Source: Eledone cirrhosa (taxonomy: Eukaryota). From it: DNA of 64,000 bases. Location of the stretch: the NCBI GenBank assembly GCA_964016885.1, contig OZ024741.1, positions 338,272,001 through 338,336,000 on the forward strand, written 5' to 3'. The first letter of the stretch is position 1. Each line of letters starts with the position of its first letter. Made by a program: the position numbers and the translations under genes. This document shows, piece after piece, positions 13,125 through 27,237 of this stretch. The notes below the pieces were generated by a model, which worked only from the letters and a program-made list of their open reading frames with translations, ran no database searches and was not told the origin of the DNA.

Positions 13125-15790
13125 CAAGACGGCAAAAGCATTCTCCCGGACGATGGCCAGTGACACCCGCTACAACAGTTACCCAACCTCGCAAGGCTCC
13201 ATCCTCAGACGGGCTGCCAATGCTCTGATCTTGCAGAGGAGCTTGGCTGTACGAGGTCCAAGTACGCTTGAGGTCTCAGCGGTGACTTGTGTGAAGAGGA
13301 AGCGGCCAGACAAACCCCGGTATTTGTTTGTTTTACGTTCTTCTGCGAGGCGGGCTGCGATGCCGGGGTTTGTGGTCGAGGTGACTAAGTTGGAGGCGGA
13401 GAACGTGTCGCAGCAGCTGGCGTCCCAGATGAGGGGTTTACCTCCTTCGAATGGGAAGAAGGCGCTTGCCATCTCCGCGGTCTAGGCCTGCTGGCTCCAG
13501 TTGAGATGGTAAGCCAGCAGCGTTCAGGCTTCTTCTCAATATGCCATTGAGAGCGGCGTGTCGAGGGAACCAGCCTCCGCTCTGGCGGCAAGACAGAGGG
13601 TTCAGGTCGAACTTGTCAACAACTACCCCGCAGCGGCATTTATGTGGCTCACACGCGAAGGCCAAGGTGTTGGGCTACCCCGATGCGAGTGCACTCATCA
13701 TCAAGAAGGTTACCGGTTGATGAGGAGGGCACTGAATTAAGTCACGCGCCGTTGTTGGGCTGAGAAGCGGAGCGGGGGCAGGCGAGGCGGTGTTGGTCCA
13801 AGCCAGACTCAATCCGTCTGAGAGAGGACCTGCAATTGATGTCGTCCCAGTTACGTTGCACCATGGTATACTGGGGGATACTGTCCAGTAGGCCAGAGCC
13901 TGTTCCATCTCAGGGGCCAGGTCAGGTTCGGCCGTCTGGCTGAGAACCTTGCTTACGAGAGTGCGACAGGAGGAGATAGAGGAGAGGTAGGCAGGTAAAG
14001 TTATGTTCGAAACTGATCGGAGGCCGAGGGCACCGAACCTCGCTGGGAGTGTCGCCTGTGGCCATCCTGAGCTGTCGAAACTAACTTTGCAGATGAGTTC
14101 CGCACAGCATCGAATGGTGGCGTCACATTCCCCGAGAAGGTCTGTGTGGGGGTGGAAAGGTGCACCGCACAGCGTGAATGTGAGTTTGGGGAGGGCAAAA
14201 GAGCGCGGAGTGAGCGTCAATGAGCCACTCTGCTATTCGGGACGAATCCGCGTGCTTGGTCTACAGGCATTCTCTTATGGCTTTCGGGAGAATGGTGGAG
14301 CCGAGAATGCATGCGGCGTCCTTGGGGTCTGCCGAGCACCGGCCAGGAAGTAATTCGGCCTCTCCGTAGCTGATGTTGGTCACCTCAAACTTGGTTTAGT
14401 TGATCTCAAGTCCAAGGAGCTTTAGAGCTGGGATGATTTGTCGAAGATCCTCAACAACCGTCACAGCCCAGGGTCGCGTCGTCGAGGTACCAGACGTTGA
14501 GGAGTGACCGGGCCGACCAAGCTACCTCGTCGACTGCCAGCACGACTAGGAGCGAGCCGAGTAGGTCCCCTTGCTGGATACCTGTAGCGGAAGTAATCCT
14601 GTTGTTGGCGACCATGAGTGAGCTGAGTCTTCCGTGTGAAAAGTGAATGAGGGGGTAGTTGGAGGGAGCTCGTCTGAGACATGTCTCTAGGACATGATCC
14701 CGTCTAACGCTGTTGAAGGCGTTAGTCATGTCCAGCTTTACGAGGAGGTGAGGTGACGAGGGGGGGGGGTTCTATAAAGTGTCTGGCCGCATGAGCTGCG
14801 GCCTCACAACCGCGCGATTCCTACTCCGAGTTGAACATGGTTTAGCACCTCGCTCAGGTCGTCTTTGACTTGCAAGCTATCTTGGCTGCTAGTCGTCGGA
14901 AGACGTTACCTACCGCGATGGGGCGGACGCCAGTCTTCCTCAGGGCGGTCAAGCTGGTTGAAAAGAAAAGATCACAGTTTGTGGGCATGGCTGGGCAAGT
15001 TGGCACGGAGGAGACAGTTGCTGAGGGCTGTTAATGACTGGAGCAGTCGGGCCCCTGCTTCCACCGTGTGAGACGAGGTGAGGTCTCGGAGGTGACTGTG
15101 GCGCAAGCCGTCTACTCTATCACTGCTGCTACCAGGAAAAAATCTTAGGGCGGTTACCACGTCCTCGCTAGACGCTGCCGGGGAGAGATTGCTGCCCGTG
15201 GCCGGAGAGAGGTTGCTGCCCGTGGCCGGAGCATCCCTGATGTCGGCAGGAGGGTTCGGATGTTTGATGCGGAGCGCTGACAAAACATCCAGTGTTGGTG
15301 GGAGCACAGCGTCGCTTGAGGCCAGCACACGAAAAGTCGCCCTCAATTAGTTAGAGGTTAACTCTGTCCCTGAGACGTTTCGTGCTGTTGTGGGTGGACT
15401 GGGGTTGTTGTGTTGGCACTTGTGGTAAGCACGAGAGTGCCGAGAGGCTCGCGGGAGAAGGGTTACAGAAAGTGGTGACATTGCCCTTGAACCTCGAAGT
15501 CATGGAGGAGCCAGATCTGTCTCTCACCGTCAGGTTCTCCACCAATGGGATTCCGAGTACGATAGTAGCAAAACTGAATAGTCTGGTCCAGTCCCGTGGA
15601 CCACCTGGGTCAAGCGCTCGGTCGATTGAATTCGCTAGCGCTTCAGCCATGGAAGTGCGGGCAGACCAGGGTATCCTGGTGATGACTCTCCACGACTGCC
15701 TGAGGCGGGAAATCACCTCCAAACACTCGTCTGAGTCGAGCGGGTTCATGTCCCTGTTGGGTCGGGTGCCCGTGACCACCTGTGGTGTCG
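13125..15790 (-). mobile_element. Degenerate CRE-clade non-LTR retrotransposon (RT + RLE)
   Basis: Fragments DMTNAFNSVRRD, GIQQGDLLG, WYLDDATL, QATLP.RFG.LG, RHAALN, LEP.GLDRGDGKR, PFEGGKPLIWDA.C.DT, AETS.VLGP. Confidence 0.85.
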
Positions 15791-16281
15791 AGGTGGACAG
15801 GCATGATGGGCATTCGATTTATTTACTAATTGTTTGCAATTATTGTTTTCGCACGGTGCGAAACCCTTTTGCTGGTTTGAGAGCTGGTGAAGGTAAAGAT
15901 GTGGGTGTGTAAACTCGTCTTGGACATCTTCAATCTCTTCTATATTTCATTTGCCTGTCACCCACCCTGTGAATTGTTTTTTTTGTTGACCACTGCCGCT
16001 GGTCTCGGGTTCTGTGCGGCATTTTGCCCATTGCTGCCTTTGACAGCTTTTGGCTGTTTTAACGGCAGTTCTAGCGATGGGTTTTCTCATTTTTATATGT
16101 ATTCAAATACACTCTTTCTTTGTCTCCACCAGGGATAACATTGTTTTTTCATTTATCTTTTTTATATTACCTAGTGATTCTGACGATTTCTGTATAGTAG
16201 AATTAAATCAAACCTATTTCTCTATTTGAATGAAACATAAGAAAATCAATTAAATAGCCTTAGTTATTTATTTATTCATTT

Positions 16282-16333
<52 letters not shown>

Positions 16334-16337
16334 TATA

Positions 16338-17202
16338 TAAACGGAAAAAATGAAACGAAATTTCATTTCCCAGTCTTAGTACGGCTGTTACTTAAATATA
16401 AGTATGTACACGTACATACATATATGTATACAGACGTACAGTAGTATGGATATATATATACATACATGCACACATATATATATGTACGTATGGATTCACC
16501 AAACATTTATTATAATGCTCGGTGTGTTTGTAAACAAACATCCCGTATTAAGCCGTAGTGTCCAGCAAACAACGTTGCTCGTTTGTTCAACACTGACAAA
16601 GAAACGCTGTACTAGTTTCAAGCTTATTAGCTATCGTCAGCAACGTATACCTTCCTGCCAGATTGTTGAACGTATATACTTACCTTATGCATATTAACGG
16701 CTGAGTAGCCCAATTTGCATATCGAGTGGGTTAATCGGCCGGGTGCACCGAAAACGATAAACGGAAAAAAGGAAACGAAATTTCATTTCCCACTCTTAGT
16801 ACGGCTGTTACTTAAATATAAGTATGTACACGTACATACATATATGTATACAGACGTACAGTAGTATGTATATATATATATATACATACATGCACACATA
16901 TATATATGTAAGTATGGATTCACCGAGCATTATAATAAATGTTCGGTGAATCCATACGTACATATATATATGTGTGCATGTATGTATATATATATATACA
17001 TACTACTGTACGTCTGTATACATATATGTATGTACGTGTACATACTTATATATATATATATATATGTAAGTATGTATGTATACGTACATACATATATGTA
17101 TACAGACGTACAGTAGCATGTATATATATACATACAGGCACACATACATATATGCACGTATCAGTTTACCGAACATTTATTATAATGCTCGGTTTGTTCG
17201 TT

Positions 17203-17205
<3 letters not shown>
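16338..17205. repeat. Compound direct + inverted repeat (direct 16338-16520 / 16758-16930; palindrome centred ~16934)
   Basis: Repeated ACGGAAAAAA.GAAACGAAATTTCATTTCCCA...GGATTCACC unit; arms ~16816-16931 and ~16938-17051 are reverse complements. Confidence 0.85.
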
Positions 17206-17264
<59 letters not shown>

Positions 17265-17342
17265 GATGTGTGTGTGTGTATAGGGAGAGAGGGAAGAGCA
17301 GACGCTCGGACAGGCAGGCAGACAGATAGACATATAGATAGA

Positions 17343-18062
17343 TTTCTTTATTAGCCACAAGGGCGCAACAAGAAAGGGGACAATACAAAGACATGCCGGG
17401 GATTTTACATACAGTCGTGTAAAAAAATATAAAAACAAACAATTTCAACAATCGAAATCCCCAATAGGGGGGAGGCGCCACAAATGGGTTGTTTAATACC
17501 CCGTAGATAGAACAACCCTCAACTTCAGGAGCGTGTTGTGCAAGTGATCCTTTCTTCCTTTTGCTCTTTTCTTCAACCTACAGGCTTATATACAGAGAAG
17601 GCCCAACCACTCGGGCCATTTTTGCCACATTCACCCACCTTTCTGTAAATTTACTGGGGTGCAGTGTCTCTCTCTCTTTCCACTCTGATTCTCCTTCTAA
17701 AGTGGTATCTAAAGAAGGGAATGAGTTGTTGTCCGGAGAGAAAGGCATCTGTCCTCAGTCCTCTCAATCTCGTCCACCATATAACCTCTTTCACCATAGC
17801 CACTGTACAGAGGAAAACCGCCTCTCTTTCGTTATTTAAGGAGGTTGGCGGTTTGATCCTTACTATGTACTCGGCAGTGAACTGGATTTTTACCATACGC
17901 GACAGCAGTTGTTCTGCGTAGTTCCACAGGTCGGTTACGCCGGCGCAGTGTACAATTGAGTGCAAGACAGTTTCAATGACCTGTCCGCATCTTGGACACG
18001 TCCTCTTGGAAGGATCCCTGCCGGGGCATCCGTGCCTGTAGATCTTGTCACGAACTGGTAGA
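17343..18062 (-). mobile_element. Tx1-like element A: 5'-truncated, ORF2 C-terminus + 3' UTR
   Basis: CPRC...ETVLHSIVHC...VIWWTRL...GPSLYISL* (stop at 17578), with a frameshift in an (AG)n run; 3' end AATAAAGAAA then TATC. Confidence 0.9.
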
Positions 18063-18089
18063 TAGATAGAGAGAGAGATAGATAGATAA

Positions 18090-18140
<51 letters not shown>
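18059..18140. repeat. (GATA)n spacer 1
   Basis: Direct reading. Confidence 0.95.
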
Positions 18141-21100
18141 TATTTCTTTATTTGCCACTAGGGCACAAGAGAAAGGGACAAATACACAGGGGGGAGTTTA
18201 CATAAATGCGAGTAAAGAAAAAGGCATACCAATAAGAATAATATAATAATAAAAAGTCCTCAAAAGGGAGGGGGCGTGTTGGGGATTGCACATACCCCCG
18301 AAAAGTGTGCAACCCTTTTCGCAGGGGGAAGCCCAGAGAGGAGGCGCTCCCCCTTTCCTCTTCACTTCTTCACCTACAGAACAATGTAGAGAGAAGGCCC
18401 ATTTACACGAGCCATTCTCGCTTCTTTCACCCACCTTTCATAAAACTGTCTGGGGCCAAGCACTTCTCTCTCCATCCTGATCCTTCTTCCGAAGTGGTAT
18501 CGGAAGAAGTAAACCAGGTGTTGGCCGGAGAGAAAGTCACCCGACTTCAGACCTTTCAGGCGCGTCCACCACACAACCTCTTTCATCATGGCTATTACGC
18601 ACAGAAAGACCGCCTCTGCTTCATTTCTGAAGGGAGGAGGCGGCTTGATGTTCACCACAGACTCGGCGGCCAATCGAATCGGCGCCACACGCGACAGCAG
18701 TCGTTCGACGTAGCCCCACAGATCGGCAATGCCCGGGCAGTGTACTAGTGCGTGCGCAACGGTTTCCTCGTCGCGCACGCATCTGGGACAAATCTTTTTC
18801 GCGGGATCCCTGCCCGGGCGCCCGTGTCTGTAGAGCTTTTCTCGAACGGGCAGCGCCCCCCGGTAGCACTGCCAGGCTAGGGACCTCTGGAAGTTGTCCA
18901 TGGGTCCCGGGCCGAAAGTTCTACCGAACAGGCTGGCCAGTTCGTCCTCCTCCATGCCTAGCGACTCTCCAAGGGTGTCGTCGCCCCTGCTAGCCACCAG
19001 CCCTCTATAGAATGTCGAGGTGGATTCTCCACTGATAGTCGAGTCCGCTTGCCAGAGAGCCGTGAGCGCCTGGGCACACACGGTGTGCCAGTTGCCCAGT
19101 TTTCTCGGTCTTTGCTTCACCCAGGATTGCAGCTCGGTGAGCGAGACGAGCTGTGGGAAGGCTCGCCTCGCAAACGGGGCCCACACCGGCTGACCGGTGA
19201 GGAATACCTGTAGATGCCGTAGCCTCAATGCGTGCCTACGCATCAACAGCCACGGCATACCCAGCCCTCCTTTCGAAGGGTGCTGGCAGCAGATGGATCT
19301 CCTCACCATGGGAGGCCGCTTCTTCCAGAGGAACTGGAAGAGCGTGCGCTCCATGGTGGTGAGCGTTTCCTTGGGGCAAGGCACGACGGTCAGGCGGTAG
19401 TAGATGACGGACGCTATGTAAGCGTTCGTCACCTCCTCCCGACCTTTCAGTGATAGTTTGCACTTGGCCCACTTCTGGGTCAGCGCAAACACCCTGCTCG
19501 TCACCTCGCCCCAATTCTTCTCCACCTGGAGGTCCGGTCCGAACCAGACCCCGAGCAGCTTCACCGGGCCCTCCGTCCACCGCCCGACGACACCGTCTAA
19601 CGGCATCGGTTTGCCCCTCCACGTTTCGAGTTGCAAACCGACTGACTTGTCCCGGTTCAGCCTAGCCCCCGTCAGCCTTTCGTATTCCTCCAGTAGGGTG
19701 GCGATCGCCCCGATTTCCGAGGCGTCCGCCACCATTACTGTTACGTCGTCGGCATAGGCCGAGACCGCTTTGTGCAATCCCAGTTCCAGGGGTATGCCCC
19801 GCAGCAACTCCAACTTCCGCAGCAGTGGCTCGAGAGCCAATACGTACAGAAGGGAGGAGAGAGGGCACCCCTGCCTGATAGACCGGGTGATTTGAAACGG
19901 CTCCGAGAGGTAGCCGTTTACTTTAACCCTAGAGCAGACGTTGCCACTGTGCATGGCAGAAATCAAGCCCCTGAAAACGGGTCCGAAGCGCGCCGCCGCT
20001 AGCACCGCATCCAGGTAACCATGGTCGACCCTATCGAACGCCTTAGATTGATCCAAGTTGATCAGGGCCCCACCAAAGCCGGGTTTGTTCCCAACCCTCT
20101 CTATGATGTATCGCATGAGGTGGAGGTTGTCGTGAATGGATCTGGACGGGATAGCGCATGACTGCGCGTCTCCCACCAAACCACCCACCACAAGCGCCAA
20201 CCTCTTCGCCAACACCTTGGCCAAAATCTGTAACTCTGCATTCAGCAGAGTTATGGGCCTAAAGTTACTTAAGTCGTCCCCCTTGCTCGCGTCCTTCCTC
20301 ACTAGCGTGACTACGCCCTTGGTCACAGAACAGGGAATTCTCCCGTTCTGTTGCCAGTTGCAATAGACAGCCTCGAGGAGTTCGGAGAACAAGACCGGCA
20401 TAGCTAAATAAAGTTCGTATGGTAGACCATCGAGACCCGGAGATTTGCGTCTGCTGCATTGGCTGAGCGCCTCCCCGATTTCAGTGGCTGTGATTGGCCT
20501 TTCGCAGCACTCTGCTTCGCCGCTCGAAAGACGCGGTAGACCGTCGAGGTATGGACCGAAGACCACATCCCCGTCCGGCCCCCCGCCCCCTCCGAACAGT
20601 CGAGCAAAGTGCCTTTGAAAGGCCTCGCACATCCGCTCAGGTTCAATGATCACCCGTCCATCCTGGTCTCGCAAAGACCGAATGGTGGATTTAATCCCAC
20701 TCTTGGCTTCTGTCACGCGGGCCCAGCTAACAGCTTTGGTCCCCTCGTTTCCTAAAGCGCGTATTTTACTTCGGACAACGCAGCCTTCGTGCTTCGCGTC
20801 AAAGAACTGGCTCAACGCCGTTCTCGACGCTAACACTCTGGCCACGTCTCCGCTCCTAATTGCCTCTTCTAGTTTATCTGTTAACTCCCTTTCCCTCCTA
20901 TTTCTATTCGCCGCTAGTTCCTTACTGTAACCTATCGAACTTACTTTAATCTCTCTCTTTAGAGATACCCACCACCTGCTGTTGACGATCGCTCCCGTCA
21001 ACCGCATCTTAACTAAGCTACTAATCCGGTTCCTGTAAGCTTCCTTTGCCGGCAAGGACAAGTTCATCTTCCAGTAACCGGGACCCTGTCTATGCGTTCT

Positions 21101-23845
21101 ATCAAGGTTGACCACGCAGGTCACTAATTTGTGATCTGAATAGCCAGCCATGAGCAATTCTGGACAACTAAATACGTCCCTATCCTTACTCCTAACCAAA
21201 ATCCTATCTAGGTACGATCTAGATTGACCACTGCGGTTTGCCCAGGTTCAGGTTGGCACAGTTGGAAAATCTAGTCGAAATCTATCGACCAGGTCGAATC
21301 GATGGAGTAACCCCTTGAGGCTGCTACACCCCCTCTATCGGGACATGCCCCTGCATGGTCCCAACGCGCATCTAGGATTCCATTCCAGTCCCCCACTAAA
21401 AGCAGGGAACGCGACGTTCCTAGAAAAGTCTCCAGACGCTGGAAGAAGTCGGCTCTTTCAGCCCCGAAGGGGGCATAAAGACCGACCAGTCTGAAACCCC
21501 GCCTTCACCGCCTCCGACGTCCAGCACCAGTAATCGACCCCCCGGGTCCGAGTGAACAATCTGTACGTCGAGAGCCAGACGTTTATCCAGCAGTACGGCA
21601 ACCCCACCCCCGCCTCCGGGTTGACAGAGAGATGCGTGCATCTCAAAGTCATCGAAGGCGGGAGCCAGCTGTCGCACGCTGCTGATCCGACTCTCGCAAA
21701 CAACCATCACATCTATACTTCGTGACCTGAGGTCACTTAGAAGCTTTGCTTGCTTCCAAGCTGAGCCCAGGCCACGCGCATTCAAACAGCCAACTCTCAA
21801 TTGATCTATTTTGGTGTTGAAAGTGAAGAAAGAAAAGTACCTACCTCTCCGGGTTGTGTAATTTCCATGGGTTCGGGTGTGTTGGGTGGAGGGGTGTTTT
21901 GTGGTGGTGTGGGGGTATCCGAGTGTGGTGGGGTTGGGGTATTTGGAGTTGTGTCAGGGAGAGGGGAGGTTATGGGGAAATCTTTCAAGAGGACGCGATT
22001 TAACGGTTTTAAACAGGGGGGGCTCACGTCCTGTTTAAATTGTTCTTTTAAGGAACGATAAAGGTCCAGAGGGACCTTTATCATTTTTAAATGGGTGAAG
22101 TTCTCTGTTGAGATAAAGTTTGGCCCTTCGGTCTGCACCAAAGGGCTATTGTTTATTAATTTAAACAGTTTTTTGTTTTCTTTATTTATATATGTGTATT
22201 GCAAAGTCTTTTTTTGTGATGCTGTCAATGTTTCGAAGGGGGGAGGCGCAGATTTATTTTTGTTTGTCGAGGGTGGGGTGGTTTTGATTGGAGTTGGTGT
22301 TTGTGTGTGGGTTATTTGTGGTGTGCTGGGTGTGTGCTTTCTTTTTTTTCTTTTAACTTGTCTGAAGGCTTCTCCTCCTTCTTCTTCAGAAGTTGGGGGA
22401 AACTCTTCAGCGCTAGGTGGGAGGGACGTGGTGTCTGGTTGTTTTTTTTGCGGGAGGGGTAGATTTGTTGCTGTTTTTTTTTATTATTAGTTTGGAATGT
22501 GTTTTGTGGTGGTGGTGGTGATGTTTGTGTCGTGCTTGTGGTTGGTGATGGTGGTGGTGATGTTTGTGTTGTGGTTGGTGATGGTGGTGGTGATTTTTGT
22601 GTCGTGCTTGTGTTTGGTGCTGGTGGTGGTGATGTTTGTGTTGTGCTTGTGGTTGGTGGTGTCTGTATTTTGTTTGCTGTGTGTGGTATTAGTGTATTTT
22701 TGGAGGTGGGTGGTGTCGGTGTACTGTTTGTGGTGGGTGTGGGCAATAGTCCTTTTTGGGGGATACGATTCGGGCAGTTAGCCTTAACGTGTCTCCTTTC
22801 CGTGCATGAATAGCATGCTGGTCTTCTCCCCTCTACAATTATATATATTGGGGTGAGGTCATCCAGCGAGATGCGATCCGGGATTTGCGCTATTCTTTCG
22901 GGCCTCATTTGGACTAGTAGGTCGAGGCCCATTCCCAGGAACGCATCTCCAGATGCCTTCCCCATTGACAGTACTGTGTCCTCGCCCATGTCTATGAAGC
23001 CAGCAATAGCCCACGAGAAGTCCATTGTGGGCAGCATTGTCTGTATTTTGACTCTCTGAGTTCTTCTACCCATGTAGGAGGGATAGAAACTGTATGCTGT
23101 TCATGAGAGTGGGCTTAGGGAAAGCCTCTGTGCTGTTTCCTTGTTTTTTGTTAAAACAGAAATGCTGCCATAGAGTCGGTCCTTTCGTATGAAGAGAATA
23201 TTCTTCATATAGTCTTTTAGGACCAACTCTATCTCCATTTGGCTGGGCTGTGCTGGCTTTCTCGTGTGGTTTAGAATTGTTCTAAACAGAACAGTGTTTT
23301 CTAGTCTCGTTTTCTTGAATTCTGGTGGGGAATTAATGGAAAACATTCCGTTCTCCCCCAAGACTATGTGCTTTTTTGCTTCTGCCAGTTTCTCTCTGGC
23401 GGCAGTTAAGTCAATAGGTGTATATATTATAGATTTTTTGTTGTCTGGGCGAAACTTGCCTTGTTGTTTTTTGTATTCTTATTTTCTGTTTGTTTGTTTT
23501 CCGTTTGCTCATTTTCCGTAACATTTGTTTTTTCATTTTCCTTGTTTGTTTCGTTGTCTAGTTTTGTTGTATCCATTTTTTGTTCTTCAGACTTGGGGGT
23601 GTGGCAGAGCTAATGGCAGACATGTCTGCCATCTTTCCCGCCATGCGTCCAAGAAAGAAGTTTTACAGAAAAATAGTTATTTATTTTACCCTCTAAAAAG
23701 GGGGTAAATGTAAAAATGTTTCCCTAAATAACAGGGGTAAGTGTTCCAAATGTGTTTCACTGAAAAAATTCACTGGTACTTACTATAGTAAGGGTAAATT
23801 CCGATAGAATAGCAGAGCCGATGTGAAGCGTGTCTCACTCTATCA
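18141..23845 (-). mobile_element. Tx1-like element B: full length, ORF1 (~21841-23644) and ORF2 (18374-~21809) disrupted
   Basis: ORF1 knuckle CYSCTERRHVKANC; endonuclease pieces 21420-21800; 941-aa RT ORF 18374-21199 with YADD; ORF2 start codon mutated to ATA. Confidence 0.93.
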
Positions 23846-23870
23846 AGATAGATAGATAGATAGATTGATT

Positions 23871-23943
<73 letters not shown>

Positions 23944-23955
23944 ATACATAGATAA

Positions 23956-24037
<82 letters not shown>
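23846..24037. repeat. (GATA)n spacer 2
   Basis: Direct reading. Confidence 0.95.
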
Positions 24038-27000
24038 TTCTTTATTTACCATAAAGGCATGAAAAGAAGGGACAAATACAAAGGGGGAGTTTACATACAA
24101 TCGAGTAAAAAGGGTAGAAAATGAAAATAATCGAAGAGGGGAAGCGGTTTGATTGTCATCACGGACTCGGCGGTCAATTGAATCGGCACCACCCGCGACA
24201 GCAGTCGTTCGGCGTAGCCCCACAGATCAGCCATGCCCGGACATTGCACCAATGCGCGCGCAACGGTTTCTTCGTGACGCACGCATCTAGGGCAAATCTT
24301 TTTTGAGGGATCCCTGCCCGGGCGCCCGTGTCTGTAGAGCCTCTCTCGAACGGGTAGAGCCCCTCGGTAGCACTGCCAGGCCAGTGACTTCTGGAAGTTG
24401 TCCATTGGTCCTGGGCCGAAAGTCCTACCGAACAGGCTGGCCAATTCGTCTTCTTCCATGTCCAGCGACTCTCCAAGGGTGTCATCGCCCCTGCTAGCCA
24501 CCAGCCCTCTATAGAATGATGAGGTGGATTCTCCACCGATGGCCTGGCCCGCTTGCCAGAGAGCCCTGAGCGCCTGAGCACGCTCAGTGTGCCAGTCTCC
24601 CAGTTTTCCGGATCTTTGCTTGACCCAGGACTGCAGCTCGGTGAGCGAGACGAGTCTCGGAAAGGCTCGTTTCACGAACGGAGCCCACACCGGTTGACCA
24701 GTGAAGAATACCTGTAGGTGCCGTAGCCTTAATGCGTGCCTACGCATCATCAACCACGGCATCCCCAGCCCTCCTTTCGAAGGTTGTTGGCAGCAGATGG
24801 ATCTTCTCACCATAGGAGGGCGCTTCTTCCAAAGAAATTGGAAGAGCATGCGTTCCATGGTGGTGAGTGTTTCCTTAGGGCAAGGCACGACAGTCAGGCG
24901 GTAGTAAGTGACGGACGCTATGTAAATGTTCGCCACCTCCGCCCGGCCTTTTAGGGACAGCTTACACTTGGCCCATTTCTGGGTTAGTGCAAACACCTTG
25001 TTCGTAACCTCGTTCCAGTTCTTTTCGACCTGGAGATCCGGTCTAAACCAGACCCCAAGCAACTTTACCGGGCCCTCCGTCCAGTGTCCGACGACACCGT
25101 CGGGAGGCATCGGTCTGCCTCTCCACGTTCCGAGTTGCAGCCCGATGGATTTTTCCCGGTTCAGTTTCGCTCCTGACAACCTTTCGTAATCCTCCAGTAA
25201 GGTACCGATCGCCTCGATCTCCGAGTCGGTCGATACCATTACTGTTACGTCATCGGCGTAGGCCGACACCGTTTTGCTCAATCCTGGTTCCAGGGGGATG
25301 CCCTGCAACAACTCCAACTTCCTCAGTAAAGGCTCGAGAGTCAATACGTACAGAAGGGAGGAGAGAGGGCACCCCTGTCGAATGGATCGTGTGATTTCGA
25401 ACGGCTTCGAAAGGTAGCCATTCACCTTGATCCTAGAACAGATGTGGTTGCTATGTAAGGCAGTGATCCAGCCTCTGAAAACAGGACCGAACCCAGCCGC
25501 CGCTAGCACCGCATCCAGGTAACCATGGTCGACCCTATCGAAGGCCTTAGACTGATCCAAGTTGATCAGGGCCCCACCGAAGCCGGGTTTGTTGCCAACC
25601 CTCTCTATGATGTATCGCATGAGGTGGAGGTTATCGTGAATGGACCTGGATGGGATAGCACATGTCTGTGCATCTCCCACCAGGCCACCCACGACAAGCG
25701 CCAACCTCTTTGCTAACACCTTGGCCAAAATCTTTAACTCTGTGTTTAGCAGGGTTATGGGCCGAAAATTATTTATACTATCTCCCTTGTTCTCGTCCTT
25801 CCTCACCAGCGTGACTACGCCCTTGGCTACAGAACAAGGAATTCTCCCGTTCTGCTGCCAATTGCAGTAGACCGCTTCGAGGAGTTCGGAGAAGAAGACC
25901 GGCATTGTTAAATAAAGTTCGTAAGGTATACCATCGAGACCTGGAGATTTGCGTCTGCTGCATTGGCTCAGCGCATCTCCGATCTCATCAGCCGAGATTG
26001 GTCCCTCGCAGGACTCTGCCTCTTCGCTCGAGAGACGCGGCAGGCCGTCGAGGTATGGACCGAAATCCACGTCCCCGCCCGGACCCTCGCCTCCCCCGAA
26101 CAATCGGGCAAAGTGCCTTTGAAAGGCCTCGCACATCTGCTTAGGCTCCCGGATCACCCGTCCATCTTCGTCTTGCAACGACCGGATGGTGGATCGATTT
26201 CCACTCTTAGCTTCTGTCACGCGGGCCCAGCCAACGGTTTTGGCCCCCTCATTACCTAGAGCACGTATTTTACTTCGAATGACGCAGCCTTCGTGCTTTG
26301 CATCGAAAAACTGGTTCAAGGCCGTCCTCGATGCCAGCACTCTGGCCACTTCTTCGCTCTTGATTGCCTCTTCTAATTTACCTGTTAATTCTTTCTCGTT
26401 TCTATTCCTATCGGCAGCTAACATCTTGCTATAACTTATTGATTCTGTTTTAATCTCTCTTTTGAGAGATGCCCACCATCGGTTGTTGACGATTGCACCC
26501 GTCAACCTCTCCTTAACTAATCTGCTAATCCGGTTTCTGTAAGTCTCTTTTGCCGGTAAAGACAAATTAAGTTTCCAGTAACCGGGACCCTGTTTATGTG
26601 TTTTCTCGAGATTGACTACGCAGGTCACTAATTTGTGATCCGTGTAGCCAACCGTGCGCATTTCTGGACAGCTTAATATGTGCCTATCCTTACTTCTAAC
26701 TAAGAATCTATCTAAGTACGATCTAGATTGACCACTGTGGTTTCTCCAAGTCCAGGTAGGCACAGTTGGAAAATCTAGTCGATATCTATCGACCAAGTTA
26801 AAACGGTCGAGTAACCCCTTGAGGCTGTTACACCCCCCTCTATTAGGACATGCTCCTGCATAGTCCCAACGTGCATCTAGGATGTCATTCCAATCCCCCG
26901 CTAGAAGCAGGGAACGCGACGTTCCCAGAAAAGTCTCTAAACGCTGGAAGAAGTCGGGCCGTTCAGCTCCGAAAGGGGAGTAGACGGCGACCAGTCTTAA

Positions 27001-27156
27001 GGCCGCACCTTCACTACTGCCAACGTCTAGCACCAACAAACGACCCTCCGGGTCCGAGTGCACAACCTGTACGGCAAGACCCAGGTGTTTTTGCAGCAGT
27101 ACGACAACCCCACCCCCACCTCCAGGTTGACAGAGAGATGCATGCACCTCAAAGTC

Positions 27157-27157
<1 letters not shown>
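24037..27157 (-). mobile_element. Tx1-like element C: 5'-truncated within the endonuclease, with a ~374-bp deletion near the 3' end; same subfamily as F
   Basis: Nearly identical to F by eye; the junction at 24133-24135 joins the F-equivalents of 39121 and 39495 through a GAA microhomology. Confidence 0.93.

Positions 27158-27237
<80 letters not shown>
27157..27237. repeat. (GATA)n spacer 3
   Basis: Direct reading. Confidence 0.95.
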
